This document shows positions 38,809 through 48,195 of a DNA stretch of 64,000 nt, piece by piece. The stretch is from Candidatus Hodarchaeota archaeon. Lineage in GTDB: Archaea; Asgardarchaeota; Lokiarchaeia; Sigyniarchaeales; SOKP01. Under the pieces are notes generated by a model that saw nothing but the letters and a program-made list of their open reading frames with translations, was not told the DNA's origin and did not search any database. Position numbers and translations under genes: made by a program. The stretch covers positions 32,001-96,000 of the forward strand of contig JBHLKM010000015.1 of assembly GCA_048886685.1 (NCBI GenBank), read 5' to 3'. How positions within the stretch are numbered: the stretch's first letter is position 1; each line of letters opens with the position of its first letter.

Positions 38809-39837
38809 ATGGTAAACCCTAAAGATATTGATTTTTACTCATTAGGATTTAATTTTATTGAGACTAACAGTATGTTTGTTTCTGATTTTAAAGATGATAA
38901 ATGGGATGAAGGTAAGCTTGTACCCTTTGGCAATATCGAAATTTCACCTGCAGCATGTGTATTAAATTATGGACAAGGGATTTTTGAAGGAATGAAAGCA
39001 TTAAGAGCAAAATCCGGAGAGATTACTTTATTTAAACCTTATGAAAATGGAAAAAGATTTAATAAAAGTGCTAAAAGGATGTTAATGCCGGAGTATGATA
39101 TTGATAAATTCATAGAAGCTATCAAAAATGTGGTAAAAGCAAATGAAGATTACATCCCTCCTTACGATAGTGGAGGTGCTTTATATATTCGGCCTATGCT
39201 ATTTGGAAATGGACCAATGCTAGGTGTATCACCTGCAAAAGAATTCAAGTTAATTATTTTTACAGCTCCGGTTGGACCATATTTCCCTGAGGGTTTTAAA
39301 GGTATTGATTTAGAGATTTCAAAAAAGTATACAAGAGCCGCACCGGGAGGAACTGGTTCGACAAAAACAATCTGTAATTACGCAGGAACAATGTTACCGG
39401 CAAAAGAAGCAAAATCTAGAGGTTTTGCTCAAATTTTATACTTAGACGCAGTTAATTTAGAGTTCATAGAGGAGGTCGGAGCAGCTAATTTTTTTGGATT
39501 AATAAAAGGTAAATTAGCTACTCCTAGAAAAACAGGAACAATACTCGAAGGAATCACAAGAGAAGCTATCTTGGAACTAGCATCAAAAAAACTAGGAATA
39601 GAAGTCGAAGAACGAGATATTTCTTATAAAGAATTATTCGAAGAGAGCTGTACTGAAGTTTTCTGTTCAGGAACTGCCGCAGTTATTACACCGATAAGTT
39701 CGGTTTCTTTAGAAGGCAAAGAAAGGGTTTTCAATAATAAAGAACCTGGCGAAATAACAACAAAATTATATGAAATATTAACAGGAATACAGCGTTTAGA
39801 AATTGAAGATGAATTTGGATGGATAGTAAAAGTTTAA
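38809..39837 (+). CDS. ilvE: Branched-chain amino acid aminotransferase
   Basis: LNYGQGIFEGMKA, LYIRP, K..CNYA, EEVGAANFF, ILEGITR and SGTAAVITPI motifs. Confidence 0.95.
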   Translation: MVNPKDIDFYSLGFNFIETNSMFVSDFKDDKWDEGKLVPFGNIEISPAACVLNYGQGIFEGMKALRAKSGEITLFKPYENGKRFNKSAKRMLMPEYDIDKFIEAIKNVVKANEDYIPPYDSGGALYIRPMLFGNGPMLGVSPAKEFKLIIFTAPVGPYFPEGFKGIDLEISKKYTRAAPGGTGSTKTICNYAGTMLPAKEAKSRGFAQILYLDAVNLEFIEEVGAANFFGLIKGKLATPRKTGTILEGITREAILELASKKLGIEVEERDISYKELFEESCTEVFCSGTAAVITPISSVSLEGKERVFNNKEPGEITTKLYEILTGIQRLEIEDEFGWIVKV

Positions 39838-39852
39838 TTATTACTTTTTCTT

Positions 39853-40362
39853 TTAATTTGATAATTTTTCAATTAGACTATAAAAAGCTTCCTTTACATT
39901 AAATCCTGTTTTTGATGAGACTTTTAAGTATCCTATTACGTTCTTATTATTCCTTATAATCTCTGAGATATAATCATCAAAAATATGTGCTTCACTAGTA
40001 TCAACCATGTCTTTTTTTGTACCTATTATATAAGCAGGGATGCTTCCGTAATGATTTAATTTGTGAATCCATTCCTCGACACCTTCAAGTGTATTAAATC
40101 GTGATAAGTCAAATAATATGAAAGCAGCGAGAGAGCCGTTTACAAAATCAGATAATAACTTCTTAAATTGATTCTGTCCTGCAAGATCCCACATTACAAA
40201 GTTATATTCATATCCATTAATATGGACATCTTTAGAAAAGAAATCCACACCCTTAGTTAATTCCATATTTATATCGAAACTATCATGAATTAACCGGTTA
40301 AGAAATGATGTTTTTCCTACTCCTCCATCTCCAGATACAATGATTTTAATCGTTTTCTTCAT
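39853..40362 (-). CDS. Ras/Rab-like small GTPase
   Basis: GDGGVGKT, TKGVDF, WDLAGQ, TKKD and SSKTG motifs. Confidence 0.9.
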   Translation of the reverse strand: MKKTIKIIVSGDGGVGKTSFLNRLIHDSFDINMELTKGVDFFSKDVHINGYEYNFVMWDLAGQNQFKKLLSDFVNGSLAAFILFDLSRFNTLEGVEEWIHKLNHYGSIPAYIIGTKKDMVDTSEAHIFDDYISEIIRNNKNVIGYLKVSSKTGFNVKEAFYSLIEKLSN

Positions 40363-40533
40363 TTCAATATAACCTATTTTGTTTCAAATTTAAAAAAGTA
40401 CAATAAAATTAGTTTTCCGTAATAATAGAACATAAAAAAAGTTTGTTTGTTAAATAATAGCTTTTATACAATAACGTAAAATAGGTTTTTTGTAAATATC
40501 GGATAAAATTATTATTGTGATAATAGATCAAAT

Positions 40534-40926
40534 TTATGAGATACGGAGAAGTTGTGAACTCCCTGTACTAATTAGTTCTTTCTCTTCATTCCAGACTTTT
40601 GCTTTACAGAAATAAATATTTTTTCCGCCTTTTATACATTTTGCATCGGTAATAAGGCGTCCTTTGGAAAAAGGTTTAAGAAATTCAACTTGTAAATCAA
40701 TTGTGGTAATATATCCATTAGGATATATTAATGATAATGCAGCACACGCACATGCGGAATCTATCATAGCTGCTATAACACCCCCATGAACCATGCCATT
40801 CTGAGTTAAATCTTCTCTGACAATAAGTTCAAAAGTAGCTCTTCCATTACCAATCTCTTTCAGTTCAAGACCTAAGGTAGTGTAATATGGGATTCTCTCA
40901 TAAAGAGCTTTTTTTATTTCTTCCAT
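40534..40926 (-). CDS. PaaI family thioesterase
   Basis: NGMVHGGVIAAMID and TTIDLQVEFLKP hot-dog fold motifs. Confidence 0.9.
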   Translation of the reverse strand: MEEIKKALYERIPYYTTLGLELKEIGNGRATFELIVREDLTQNGMVHGGVIAAMIDSACACAALSLIYPNGYITTIDLQVEFLKPFSKGRLITDAKCIKGGKNIYFCKAKVWNEEKELISTGSSQLLRIS

Positions 40927-41018
40927 ATTAATTATCTCATTCTCCCGGAATTTAACCTTTATTACTTAATTTTTTTTCATAAATACAAAGAAATAAAATT
41001 TAAGTAAACCACAAATTC

Positions 41019-41906
41019 TTGATGCTCAAATTTTCAGTAAATGACCACCTCGATCTTCGGCTAGAAAACAATAAAACGAATATATATGTAAATAATGAGT
41101 TGTTTATCCAGTGCAAATATCTCCTTTTAAATGTACCTATGGAGGAAATAGATAGTTTCGATGATATAAATTCGATTGATAAAGCTGTTGTAAAATTGAA
41201 TAGATCTCTTGAATTTTTAACCCAGAAAGAGATTCCTATTTCCCCAGAGATTCAATTTTGGGGACATTGTTCTAATTTGCAAGCGTGGTACGAAAATGAT
41301 TATAACTCGCGTCTAATCCATAGTAATATAGCTTTTCCGTTACTTAGAAAACTCACAGAAGCAGGAGATCTTCTAGCAAAAAAGGTATTTAAAGAAGAAA
41401 TCGCAAAGAGGTTTGAAACGGGACATATAGGTACAATCCAATTTTTTGCTTATAACAATTACCTAAATTTTCTAAATAAAACAGAATTAGAATGTCTATT
41501 TGAACAAACGAGTCCTAATTTAATTGAAACTGTATTAATTCAGTTAAAACAATTAATGATTTCTAGCTTGACTAATTATAGAAAAATTAAAGATTTGATA
41601 GATATACTTTTGTTTATAGACTTAAAGTATAATAGAACCTTTCTAATTGAAATTTTTGAAAATATTCCTCAAAAATATGAAGAACAATTTGGAAAATTAG
41701 TTTTATTACATCTTAACTATAAGGAGTTTAATCACTACAAAATCCCCTATGGTAAATTTTACCACTATTTCGAGCATTTCATTACCTTTCTGTATGAAAA
41801 CTATCCTTACTTTAACGAATTGCTTAGATTTTTAGATGCTGGTTTTTATAATTCTTCCTTTTCACTAGACGAGAGATTAGCTTATGGTACAGTCTCTTAC
41901 AAATGA
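41019..41906 (+). CDS. Lokiarchaeal expanded-family protein (FWGHCSNLQAW domain)
   Basis: LRLENNKTNIYVNNELFIQCKYLLLN...FWGHCSNLQAWYENDYNSRLIHSNIAFPLLRKLTEAGD. I recall this domain as recurrent in Lokiarchaeia, often upstream of LRRs; no LRRs are present here. Confidence 0.7.
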   Translation: MMLKFSVNDHLDLRLENNKTNIYVNNELFIQCKYLLLNVPMEEIDSFDDINSIDKAVVKLNRSLEFLTQKEIPISPEIQFWGHCSNLQAWYENDYNSRLIHSNIAFPLLRKLTEAGDLLAKKVFKEEIAKRFETGHIGTIQFFAYNNYLNFLNKTELECLFEQTSPNLIETVLIQLKQLMISSLTNYRKIKDLIDILLFIDLKYNRTFLIEIFENIPQKYEEQFGKLVLLHLNYKEFNHYKIPYGKFYHYFEHFITFLYENYPYFNELLRFLDAGFYNSSFSLDERLAYGTVSYK

Positions 41907-42634
41907 AAAATGAAAATACTTTAATACAAACTTTAGAAGAATTTGATTTAGGTTTTCATTCAGCAGGTCCTTTTAAATATACAAGTGCTCCTATGGTGAA
42001 AGCATGCTTAAAAACTAGTACAAACTATGTTGATATTACCGGCGAAATCCCTGTTTTTGAGCAGAATTTCAAGTATAATGCCCAAGCAAAAGCTAAAGGA
42101 ATAGCAATTATATCAGGAGTAGGTTTTGATGTTTAAACCTCTTGATAAGGAAGAGGTTCGAAAAATACGGTTTTCTGATAAAGAAAGGACAGTAAGACCT
42201 GTTAGTTGGGGCGATCTATCTACTGCTCATCGAACGACTGGTATACCAAATATAACTACCTACTTTCTCTTACCAAAAAAATTTCCAAATTTACTGGGTC
42301 TCTTGGTATTTCACCTAAAGAAATGAGTGAAAATGAGGAATCTAAGAAAAAGGTTGAAAGGTGGATTGAAGAAAATATTCATGGTCCCGATGAATTCAAG
42401 CAAAAAATCTATCGATGCTATATATCGGCTTCGGTATATAACAATAAAGGTATGATAGCGCATGCTTGGCTTGAAACAATGGAGTCTTATCGTTTCACTG
42501 CTGTTGCAGGAGTGAGATCTGTAGAGAAATTGTTCGATATTGGCCCTACAGGGGCGTTAACACCAGCTTTAGCTTTTGGGGAGGATTTTATATTAGAGAT
42601 ACCTGAGACAAAACGTTTTGATTCTATTAATTAA
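41903..42634 (+). pseudogene. Fragmented saccharopine dehydrogenase-like (trans-acting enoyl reductase family) gene
   Basis: Three overlapping pieces in different frames: AGPFKYT...YVDITGE...GVGFDV; WGDLSTAHRTTGIPNI; YRFTA...GALTPALAFGEDF. The N-terminal GxxG Rossmann motif and the middle region are missing. Confidence 0.85.
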
Positions 42635-42728
42635 GATTTTAACAATAAATTTATTTTCTATCTAAAATATTCCATTAATAAAATCAATTTCCTATACTTC
42701 AATTCTCTGAACATTATAATTTGGATTT

Positions 42729-42944
42729 ATGACAAATTCGTCAATTATAGTAAAGTTAAATATTAAGAATTGTACTGGATGTGGTACTTGTGTCGAATAT
42801 TGCCCTAATTGTGCAATCCCATATTCTTTAATTGGGTTCATATCCTCATTAGCAAAAATTGATACCAATTTATGTAATGGATGTGGAAAATGTGTTGAAA
42901 TCTGCTCACATAAAGCTATTTTAATTCTGAATCAAAATTGTTAA
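42729..42944 (+). CDS. 2[4Fe-4S] ferredoxin
   Basis: CTGCGTCVEYCP and CNGCGKCVEICS motifs. Confidence 0.9.
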   Translation: MTNSSIIVKLNIKNCTGCGTCVEYCPNCAIPYSLIGFISSLAKIDTNLCNGCGKCVEICSHKAILILNQNC

Positions 42945-43141
42945 AAATATTCATTACATTTAAATTATTTTTATAAATCTCAGTGAAGAGGATCATCTAA
43001 AATTTGAATCACATCTAGATCACTGATATATCAGATTTAGGAGTAATAATATTTAAGTAGTAAAAAATTATCATTAGAAAGATTTATAAAGGTTCTAAAT
43101 TAACTGAAAAAGTAAAAAGCTTCTAAAAGTGAGATTGTTCT

Positions 43142-44410
43142 ATGGAAGAAGAACATATTTTTTTAAAATTATTTGGTCAAAAACTCATTAGTTATAAGAA
43201 GCTTAAAAATGGTCAAGTCGCAGGAACAGGTATTCTCAACCCTCTCCTTGATAGGTTACGAATATATCGTTTAATTTTTATGATACTCTTACAAGCTAAT
43301 TTCTATAAAAATTATGATACAATTGGAAAATGGGAAGGAAAAATGGTTGCGAATACTTTTGCTCCTCCAATTGGAAGCCGTCCTATGATCCGTGCTTTAA
43401 AGGGATTAATAAAATCCCAATTGATGCCGTATCCCTTCCCTGTTGCGATGACTTTCGCGATTACATATAAATGTCAGTGTAAATGTGTACATTGCAGCGC
43501 TGGCAGGCATTTTAAAAAGGATAAGAAAGAATTGTCCACAGAAGAGGCTAAAAAATTAATTGATGACGCACAGAAATTGGGTGTGACTATAATTGCCTTC
43601 ACAGGAGGAGAGCCTTTAATGCGAGAAGATGTTTTTGAGCTTATATCTCATGTAGATAAAAAGAAAGCAATGCCTATAATGTTTACAAATGGTCAATTTC
43701 TTACAGATGAAAATGTGGAAAAATTAGCCGAAGCTGGACTGTATTCATTATTTTTGAGTATTGATTCCCCTAATCCTGAAGAACATAACAATTTAAGAGG
43801 AATGCCAGGATTATTTGAGACCGCTATTGAAGGAATTAAGAAGGTGAAATCAAAAGGGATTTTTGCTGGTTTCTCCTCTTATGCTACCCGCTCTGGAACA
43901 GAAGCAGGAATATACAAAACGCTACATGAATTAGCTATGGAGCTTGGTCTTCACAACATAATCCTTTTTGATTGCGTACCTACGGGAAATATGTTGAAGG
44001 ATACAAGCGAAATGTTAACATTTGAATTGCGAGAAAAACTTCATAAATATTCTGCTGACGTGTTTAAAAATAAAATTGTTCCACCACTTTCATCTCAAGC
44101 ATGGCAAAATTCTGTGGAAGCATACCTTTCCGGAATAGGTTGCTTGGCTGCTAATATTCAATACTACGCTTCTGCTTATGGAGATATTGCCCCTTGTGAT
44201 TTTACTCCTCTTTCTTTTGGAAATATTAGGGATGAACCGTTAAAAAAGATCTGGATGCGAATGGTGAAACATCCTGCCTTTAGTCACAGAAGTCCTTTCT
44301 GTAGAATGCAAAATAAAGAATTCCGAGACATTTATATTAATCCTATACCTGATGACGCTTATCTTCCATATGAAATAAAGAATCTTCCTAGTGTTGACTA
44401 TCGAAAATAG
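43142..44410 (+). CDS. Radical SAM protein with SPASM/twitch domain
   Basis: CQCKCVHC, TGGEP, SIDS and GCLAA...GDIAPCDF...FGNI. Confidence 0.9.
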   Translation: MEEEHIFLKLFGQKLISYKKLKNGQVAGTGILNPLLDRLRIYRLIFMILLQANFYKNYDTIGKWEGKMVANTFAPPIGSRPMIRALKGLIKSQLMPYPFPVAMTFAITYKCQCKCVHCSAGRHFKKDKKELSTEEAKKLIDDAQKLGVTIIAFTGGEPLMREDVFELISHVDKKKAMPIMFTNGQFLTDENVEKLAEAGLYSLFLSIDSPNPEEHNNLRGMPGLFETAIEGIKKVKSKGIFAGFSSYATRSGTEAGIYKTLHELAMELGLHNIILFDCVPTGNMLKDTSEMLTFELREKLHKYSADVFKNKIVPPLSSQAWQNSVEAYLSGIGCLAANIQYYASAYGDIAPCDFTPLSFGNIRDEPLKKIWMRMVKHPAFSHRSPFCRMQNKEFRDIYINPIPDDAYLPYEIKNLPSVDYRK

Positions 44411-44437
44411 TAAATTCTTAAGCTTATAAGATAGAGA

Positions 44438-45970
44438 TTAAAAATCCGTATTTTTATTTAGGATATAATTATTAATCTTGATAATATTACTTTTAGTCTT
44501 ATAATCATGATAAACATTAAATTTCTTCCCTACTAATTCCTCCTGAATTAATTCTTCTAGTTTTTTTCCATCTCCTTTTATATGTGCTAAGGTACGAGCA
44601 CCATTTGCAAGATTTCCGATTACAATACCCCCGTTTGGTATTCCATTTCTTCCATAAATGACAGTATAGGCTTCTATTGTAAGAGTTCCATTAGCTATTT
44701 CAACAGGTTTAGCAAGTTCTCCTTTTAAAATTTCTTTTTGAATTTCAGAAACTTCACTAAGACCCCATGGCTTTGTTGGGGGTTCTTTCCCATAAATTCC
44801 TACTGATTGTTTAGTATTATATCCCCCATTTGCAACTACCATGATTTTCAAGGATGGGTTCTCACGTACAAGATCTACAGCAGTTATTACTGGATGTAGA
44901 GAGTAATTATTCCATGGACCCCCAAAAAATGGCAAGCCTCCAGTTATAGTAAGTGGTCGTGGATCTTGCTCTTTAATTTCCAGTTCGTTTAAAATAATCT
45001 GTACCATTGATGGAAAGCAACTATATAAATCAAAAAGATTAATATCCTCAATTTTAAGGCCAGCTTGTGAGAGTGCTAAATGAGAAGCATGCTTTACAGC
45101 AGGAGAGTTAATTAAGTTAGGGCGTTGAGTTATATTAAATATATTTTGAAGATCAGCACCTCCCATTGGATAAACCCATTTACGAGGATTAATATTTAAT
45201 TCTTTCGCATATTCTTGAGCGGTTAACAATATGGCACCAGCTTGATCTGTAAATGGATTAGAACACATAAATTTTGTATAAGGATGGTTTACATTGCGAT
45301 TTTTAGCTGTTGGTGTAATAATTTCTTGTGCGCTATAAGGTTCTTTAAGCCAGGCATAAGGGTTTTTAGAGGCGATTTTACTAAAGTGTTCAAATAATTT
45401 TCCAATATGATGTTGGTGTTCTTCTAAGCTTCTCCCTGAGGCTGCCCTCAATGCTGTTTCAAAGAGAGCATAAGAAATTGAAGGTATAAACAACCTATAA
45501 TTATTTTCAAATTCATTTAAATCCTTCCAGAATCCCCCCTCTTTAATTTTTGATTCCTTTCTTTTAGGCCAGTTTAGGACAAGTTTATTTTTTCTTGCAC
45601 GACTAGTTGAATACCAAGCTTCCGCCCCTGTAATAAGTACCAATTTACTTTTTCCTTCAGTAATATTTATAGCTACCTGGTTAATAAGACTTTGAGAAGT
45701 ATTACCTCCGGCTGATGAAAAAAGTTTGTTTGAGGGTTTAATTCCTACCATTTCACTTAATTCACTAGGAGCATCTTCATATGACCAAGTTCTAAAATAA
45801 ACTACATATACAGCATCAATGTATTCATTCAAATTTTTTATTCCTGTGTCTCTAATAGCTAATTTACTTACTTTAGCTATCAAGCTAAGTGGATCTAGTG
45901 GTTTTTCTGTTTCCTTAGGTTGAGTGAATTGAGCAGCACCGATAATAATTGGACAATTTTTTAAACTCAT
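44438..45970 (-). CDS. Thiolase-like protein (TLP1-type acetyl-CoA acetyltransferase family)
   Basis: GGN motif without the nucleophilic Cys, GAEA, DLYSCFP, TGGLPFFGGPWNNY and an extra C-terminal domain. Confidence 0.82.
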   Translation of the reverse strand: MSLKNCPIIIGAAQFTQPKETEKPLDPLSLIAKVSKLAIRDTGIKNLNEYIDAVYVVYFRTWSYEDAPSELSEMVGIKPSNKLFSSAGGNTSQSLINQVAINITEGKSKLVLITGAEAWYSTSRARKNKLVLNWPKRKESKIKEGGFWKDLNEFENNYRLFIPSISYALFETALRAASGRSLEEHQHHIGKLFEHFSKIASKNPYAWLKEPYSAQEIITPTAKNRNVNHPYTKFMCSNPFTDQAGAILLTAQEYAKELNINPRKWVYPMGGADLQNIFNITQRPNLINSPAVKHASHLALSQAGLKIEDINLFDLYSCFPSMVQIILNELEIKEQDPRPLTITGGLPFFGGPWNNYSLHPVITAVDLVRENPSLKIMVVANGGYNTKQSVGIYGKEPPTKPWGLSEVSEIQKEILKGELAKPVEIANGTLTIEAYTVIYGRNGIPNGGIVIGNLANGARTLAHIKGDGKKLEELIQEELVGKKFNVYHDYKTKSNIIKINNYILNKNTDF

Positions 45971-46043
45971 CTTGATGAAAACGAATATGTTTAATTTATT
46001 TTAATTGAATTCTGTATTAAATTCATTAGTATTATTATTTCTC

Positions 46044-46589
46044 TTAGTATTTCATCAAAAATTCTTCGGGGATTTCTTGTCCTAATCCCGCTTCTTTAAA
46101 TTTCTGACCATTATCTGCATAAAGATTAGAACCCCATTCTTCCATCCTTCTACTTGGATATTCTTTTTTTTTGATAGCAGGGATACCAGCATAAAGACAG
46201 TTATCTTCTGCTTCTCCTCTAATAACCGATCCCCCTGCGATAACTACCCCAGTTCCAATTTTCGAGTTTTGTAAGACGGAGGCGCTAATTCCTATTAAAG
46301 TTTTATCACCAATAGTGGTGGGGCCATGTACCATTGATAAATGTCCGAGAGTTACATTTTTACCTATTTTACATAGCCCTCCAACCGTTGTATGGATGAC
46401 GCAGTTCTCTTGAATACTTGTGTTTTCACCCACAATAATTTTACCCCAATCCCCTCTTAATTTCGCACCAAACCATATGTTTACATAAGCACCAATCTCT
46501 ACATCACCAATAATAATCGCGTCTTTAGCTATAAATGCTGTGGGATGAATTCTTGGAGTTGTTCCATTATAAGGTGATACAACAATCAT
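46044..46589 (-). CDS. Gamma-carbonic anhydrase family (CaiE/PaaY-like) protein
   Basis: Hexapeptide repeats, LRGD, IQENCVIH and GH..MVHG. Confidence 0.9.
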   Translation of the reverse strand: MIVVSPYNGTTPRIHPTAFIAKDAIIIGDVEIGAYVNIWFGAKLRGDWGKIIVGENTSIQENCVIHTTVGGLCKIGKNVTLGHLSMVHGPTTIGDKTLIGISASVLQNSKIGTGVVIAGGSVIRGEAEDNCLYAGIPAIKKKEYPSRRMEEWGSNLYADNGQKFKEAGLGQEIPEEFLMKY

Positions 46590-46759
46590 GTTAATAACTT
46601 CAAAATCTTTTAAAAAATATTTAGGTTGAATTCTAAAGACTCAAAAATTATTTAAGATTTTTGGATAAAACTCTATTATTATATGTTTAGGTAATAAGCA
46701 GAATTATTGAACTTAAGGTAAAGAAAAACATTAAAATCATCAATATGAAACTTATGATA

Positions 46760-46830
46760 TAACACACCTCGTGGTGAGTAATATGGCATATTGATGAAAC
46801 GATAATATATAAAACCGTAAAAAGAATAAA
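46760..46830 (+). pseudogene. Possible relic of an IS6-family transposase
   Basis: A short frame reads WHIDETIIYK (46784 onward), resembling the IS6 W(H/R)xDET first catalytic Asp motif. It is preceded by in-frame stops and no TIRs were seen. Confidence 0.3.
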
Positions 46831-46897
46831 CGATAAATATGATATTGTCAGTCTATATTTCATTAAAATAGAATATCCTTTTCTTCTATTTAGGTTT

Positions 46898-47392
46898 TCA
46901 CATTTTGAAATTCTTTTTTTTTTTTAGCATATGAATCATTTCAAAAGACATGATAAATTCTTTTGTTAAATCTAGATTAACCTTATTGACTGTAAATAAA
47001 GAGTATAATACCCCTCTGTCAGAATATGTCTTTGAATCTTTCTTGTTGATAATTTTAACTTCTACTTCCATTGTATCATTTACTCTTAGAGAATTTTTAA
47101 ATTTTAAATCCTTTATTCCTAATAAAGCTATAACTGTTCTTTCTAAAATACCAAGTTTCAAAAAAAGACCAATTGCTAATGGAATAATAAACGGTCCAGG
47201 AAAAACATGAGATTTATAGGGCATTTCTTTTGTAGCATATATCTCATCGAAAAACATAGATAAATTAAACCAACATAAATTACAGAAGTCAAGTAAATCA
47301 GCTTCCCTTAAGGTTCTCCTTGATGTAATATATATTTCTCCCTCATGAAATTCCTCAAAAAATTTTCCTCGCATTTCAGAGATATAAAACAC
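46898..47392 (-). CDS. MaoC-like dehydratase (true start probably the internal ATG, MRGKFFEEF)
   Basis: GKFFEEF..GE...RRTL.EAD..F and F...L..NDT hot-dog motifs. Confidence 0.82.
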   Translation of the reverse strand: MFYISEMRGKFFEEFHEGEIYITSRRTLREADLLDFCNLCWFNLSMFFDEIYATKEMPYKSHVFPGPFIIPLAIGLFLKLGILERTVIALLGIKDLKFKNSLRVNDTMEVEVKIINKKDSKTYSDRGVLYSLFTVNKVNLDLTKEFIMSFEMIHMLKKKKNFKM

Positions 47393-47626
47393 CTTAATTT
47401 CTCATGTTCCTCTCTTGAAATAATAATATTAATTTTAAATGAATTTTGAGTAGAAAATAACTTTTATTGAAATTGGTATTCAATTTATTTTCTAGGTTCA
47501 ATTTATATATTCTTTGCTTATTACTAAAGTTTATAATTTTTTTACCTTTTCTTTCTGTAAGGAAATACATACTTTAAGACTAAAGAGAGATTTTTATAAG
47601 AAGAAATTTATAGAGTCGCATAATAA

Positions 47627-48148
47627 ATGAAGGAAAATATTAAACGGGATAATTATACTATTGTAAAATCAAATAAAGTCAATGATTATATTTCTATAAA
47701 AATTATCACCTCATCAATTAATCAAAAGATCGAAGAAAGTGAATCTTTTAAGCTTTCTGAAAGAGGAACTAAAATAATTATTTTTGTAAAGAATAAACCT
47801 ATAATTGTAATACCTAGCAGGTTGTTCCCTTCATTAAAGACGTTAAATCAGGGAATAAATGAACTAATAGATAGATATGAATATAATCAGAAAATTTATT
47901 CAATGAAAACCATTTTCCGAAGACTTATTTCAAATTTAATCATATGGTCTGAAAATAATTACAATACACAACTTATAGACCATAAAATTGCCTTTCCTTT
48001 GTTGAAAGAGCTTAGGAAGGTTGGAGAAACCAAATTTCAGATTATTTTACAACAAGAAATATTAAAAACCTACGCTACAAGCCCATTTCAAGTTAAAGAA
48101 TTTTTAAAATGTGAAGGATATTTAGACTTCATAGGGGATTTTTTCTAA
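47627..48148 (+). CDS. Divergent paralog of the 41019-41906 Lokiarchaeal domain family
   Basis: SNLIIWSENNYNTQLIDHKIAFPLLKELRKVGE aligns with SNLQAWYENDYNSRLIHSNIAFPLLRKLTEAGD. Confidence 0.7.
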   Translation: MKENIKRDNYTIVKSNKVNDYISIKIITSSINQKIEESESFKLSERGTKIIIFVKNKPIIVIPSRLFPSLKTLNQGINELIDRYEYNQKIYSMKTIFRRLISNLIIWSENNYNTQLIDHKIAFPLLKELRKVGETKFQIILQQEILKTYATSPFQVKEFLKCEGYLDFIGDFF

Positions 48149-48195
48149 CTTCTATATTTAAAATAGAATTAAAAAAAAAAAATTGAAAAAAAGAT

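Noticed and set aside
34239-40362. ICMT-family gene as part of a GTPase prenylation pathway
   Set aside because: None of the GTPases ends in CAAX, CC or CxC. ICMT-like proteins are widespread in prokaryotes, and this one sits in an apparent insertion.
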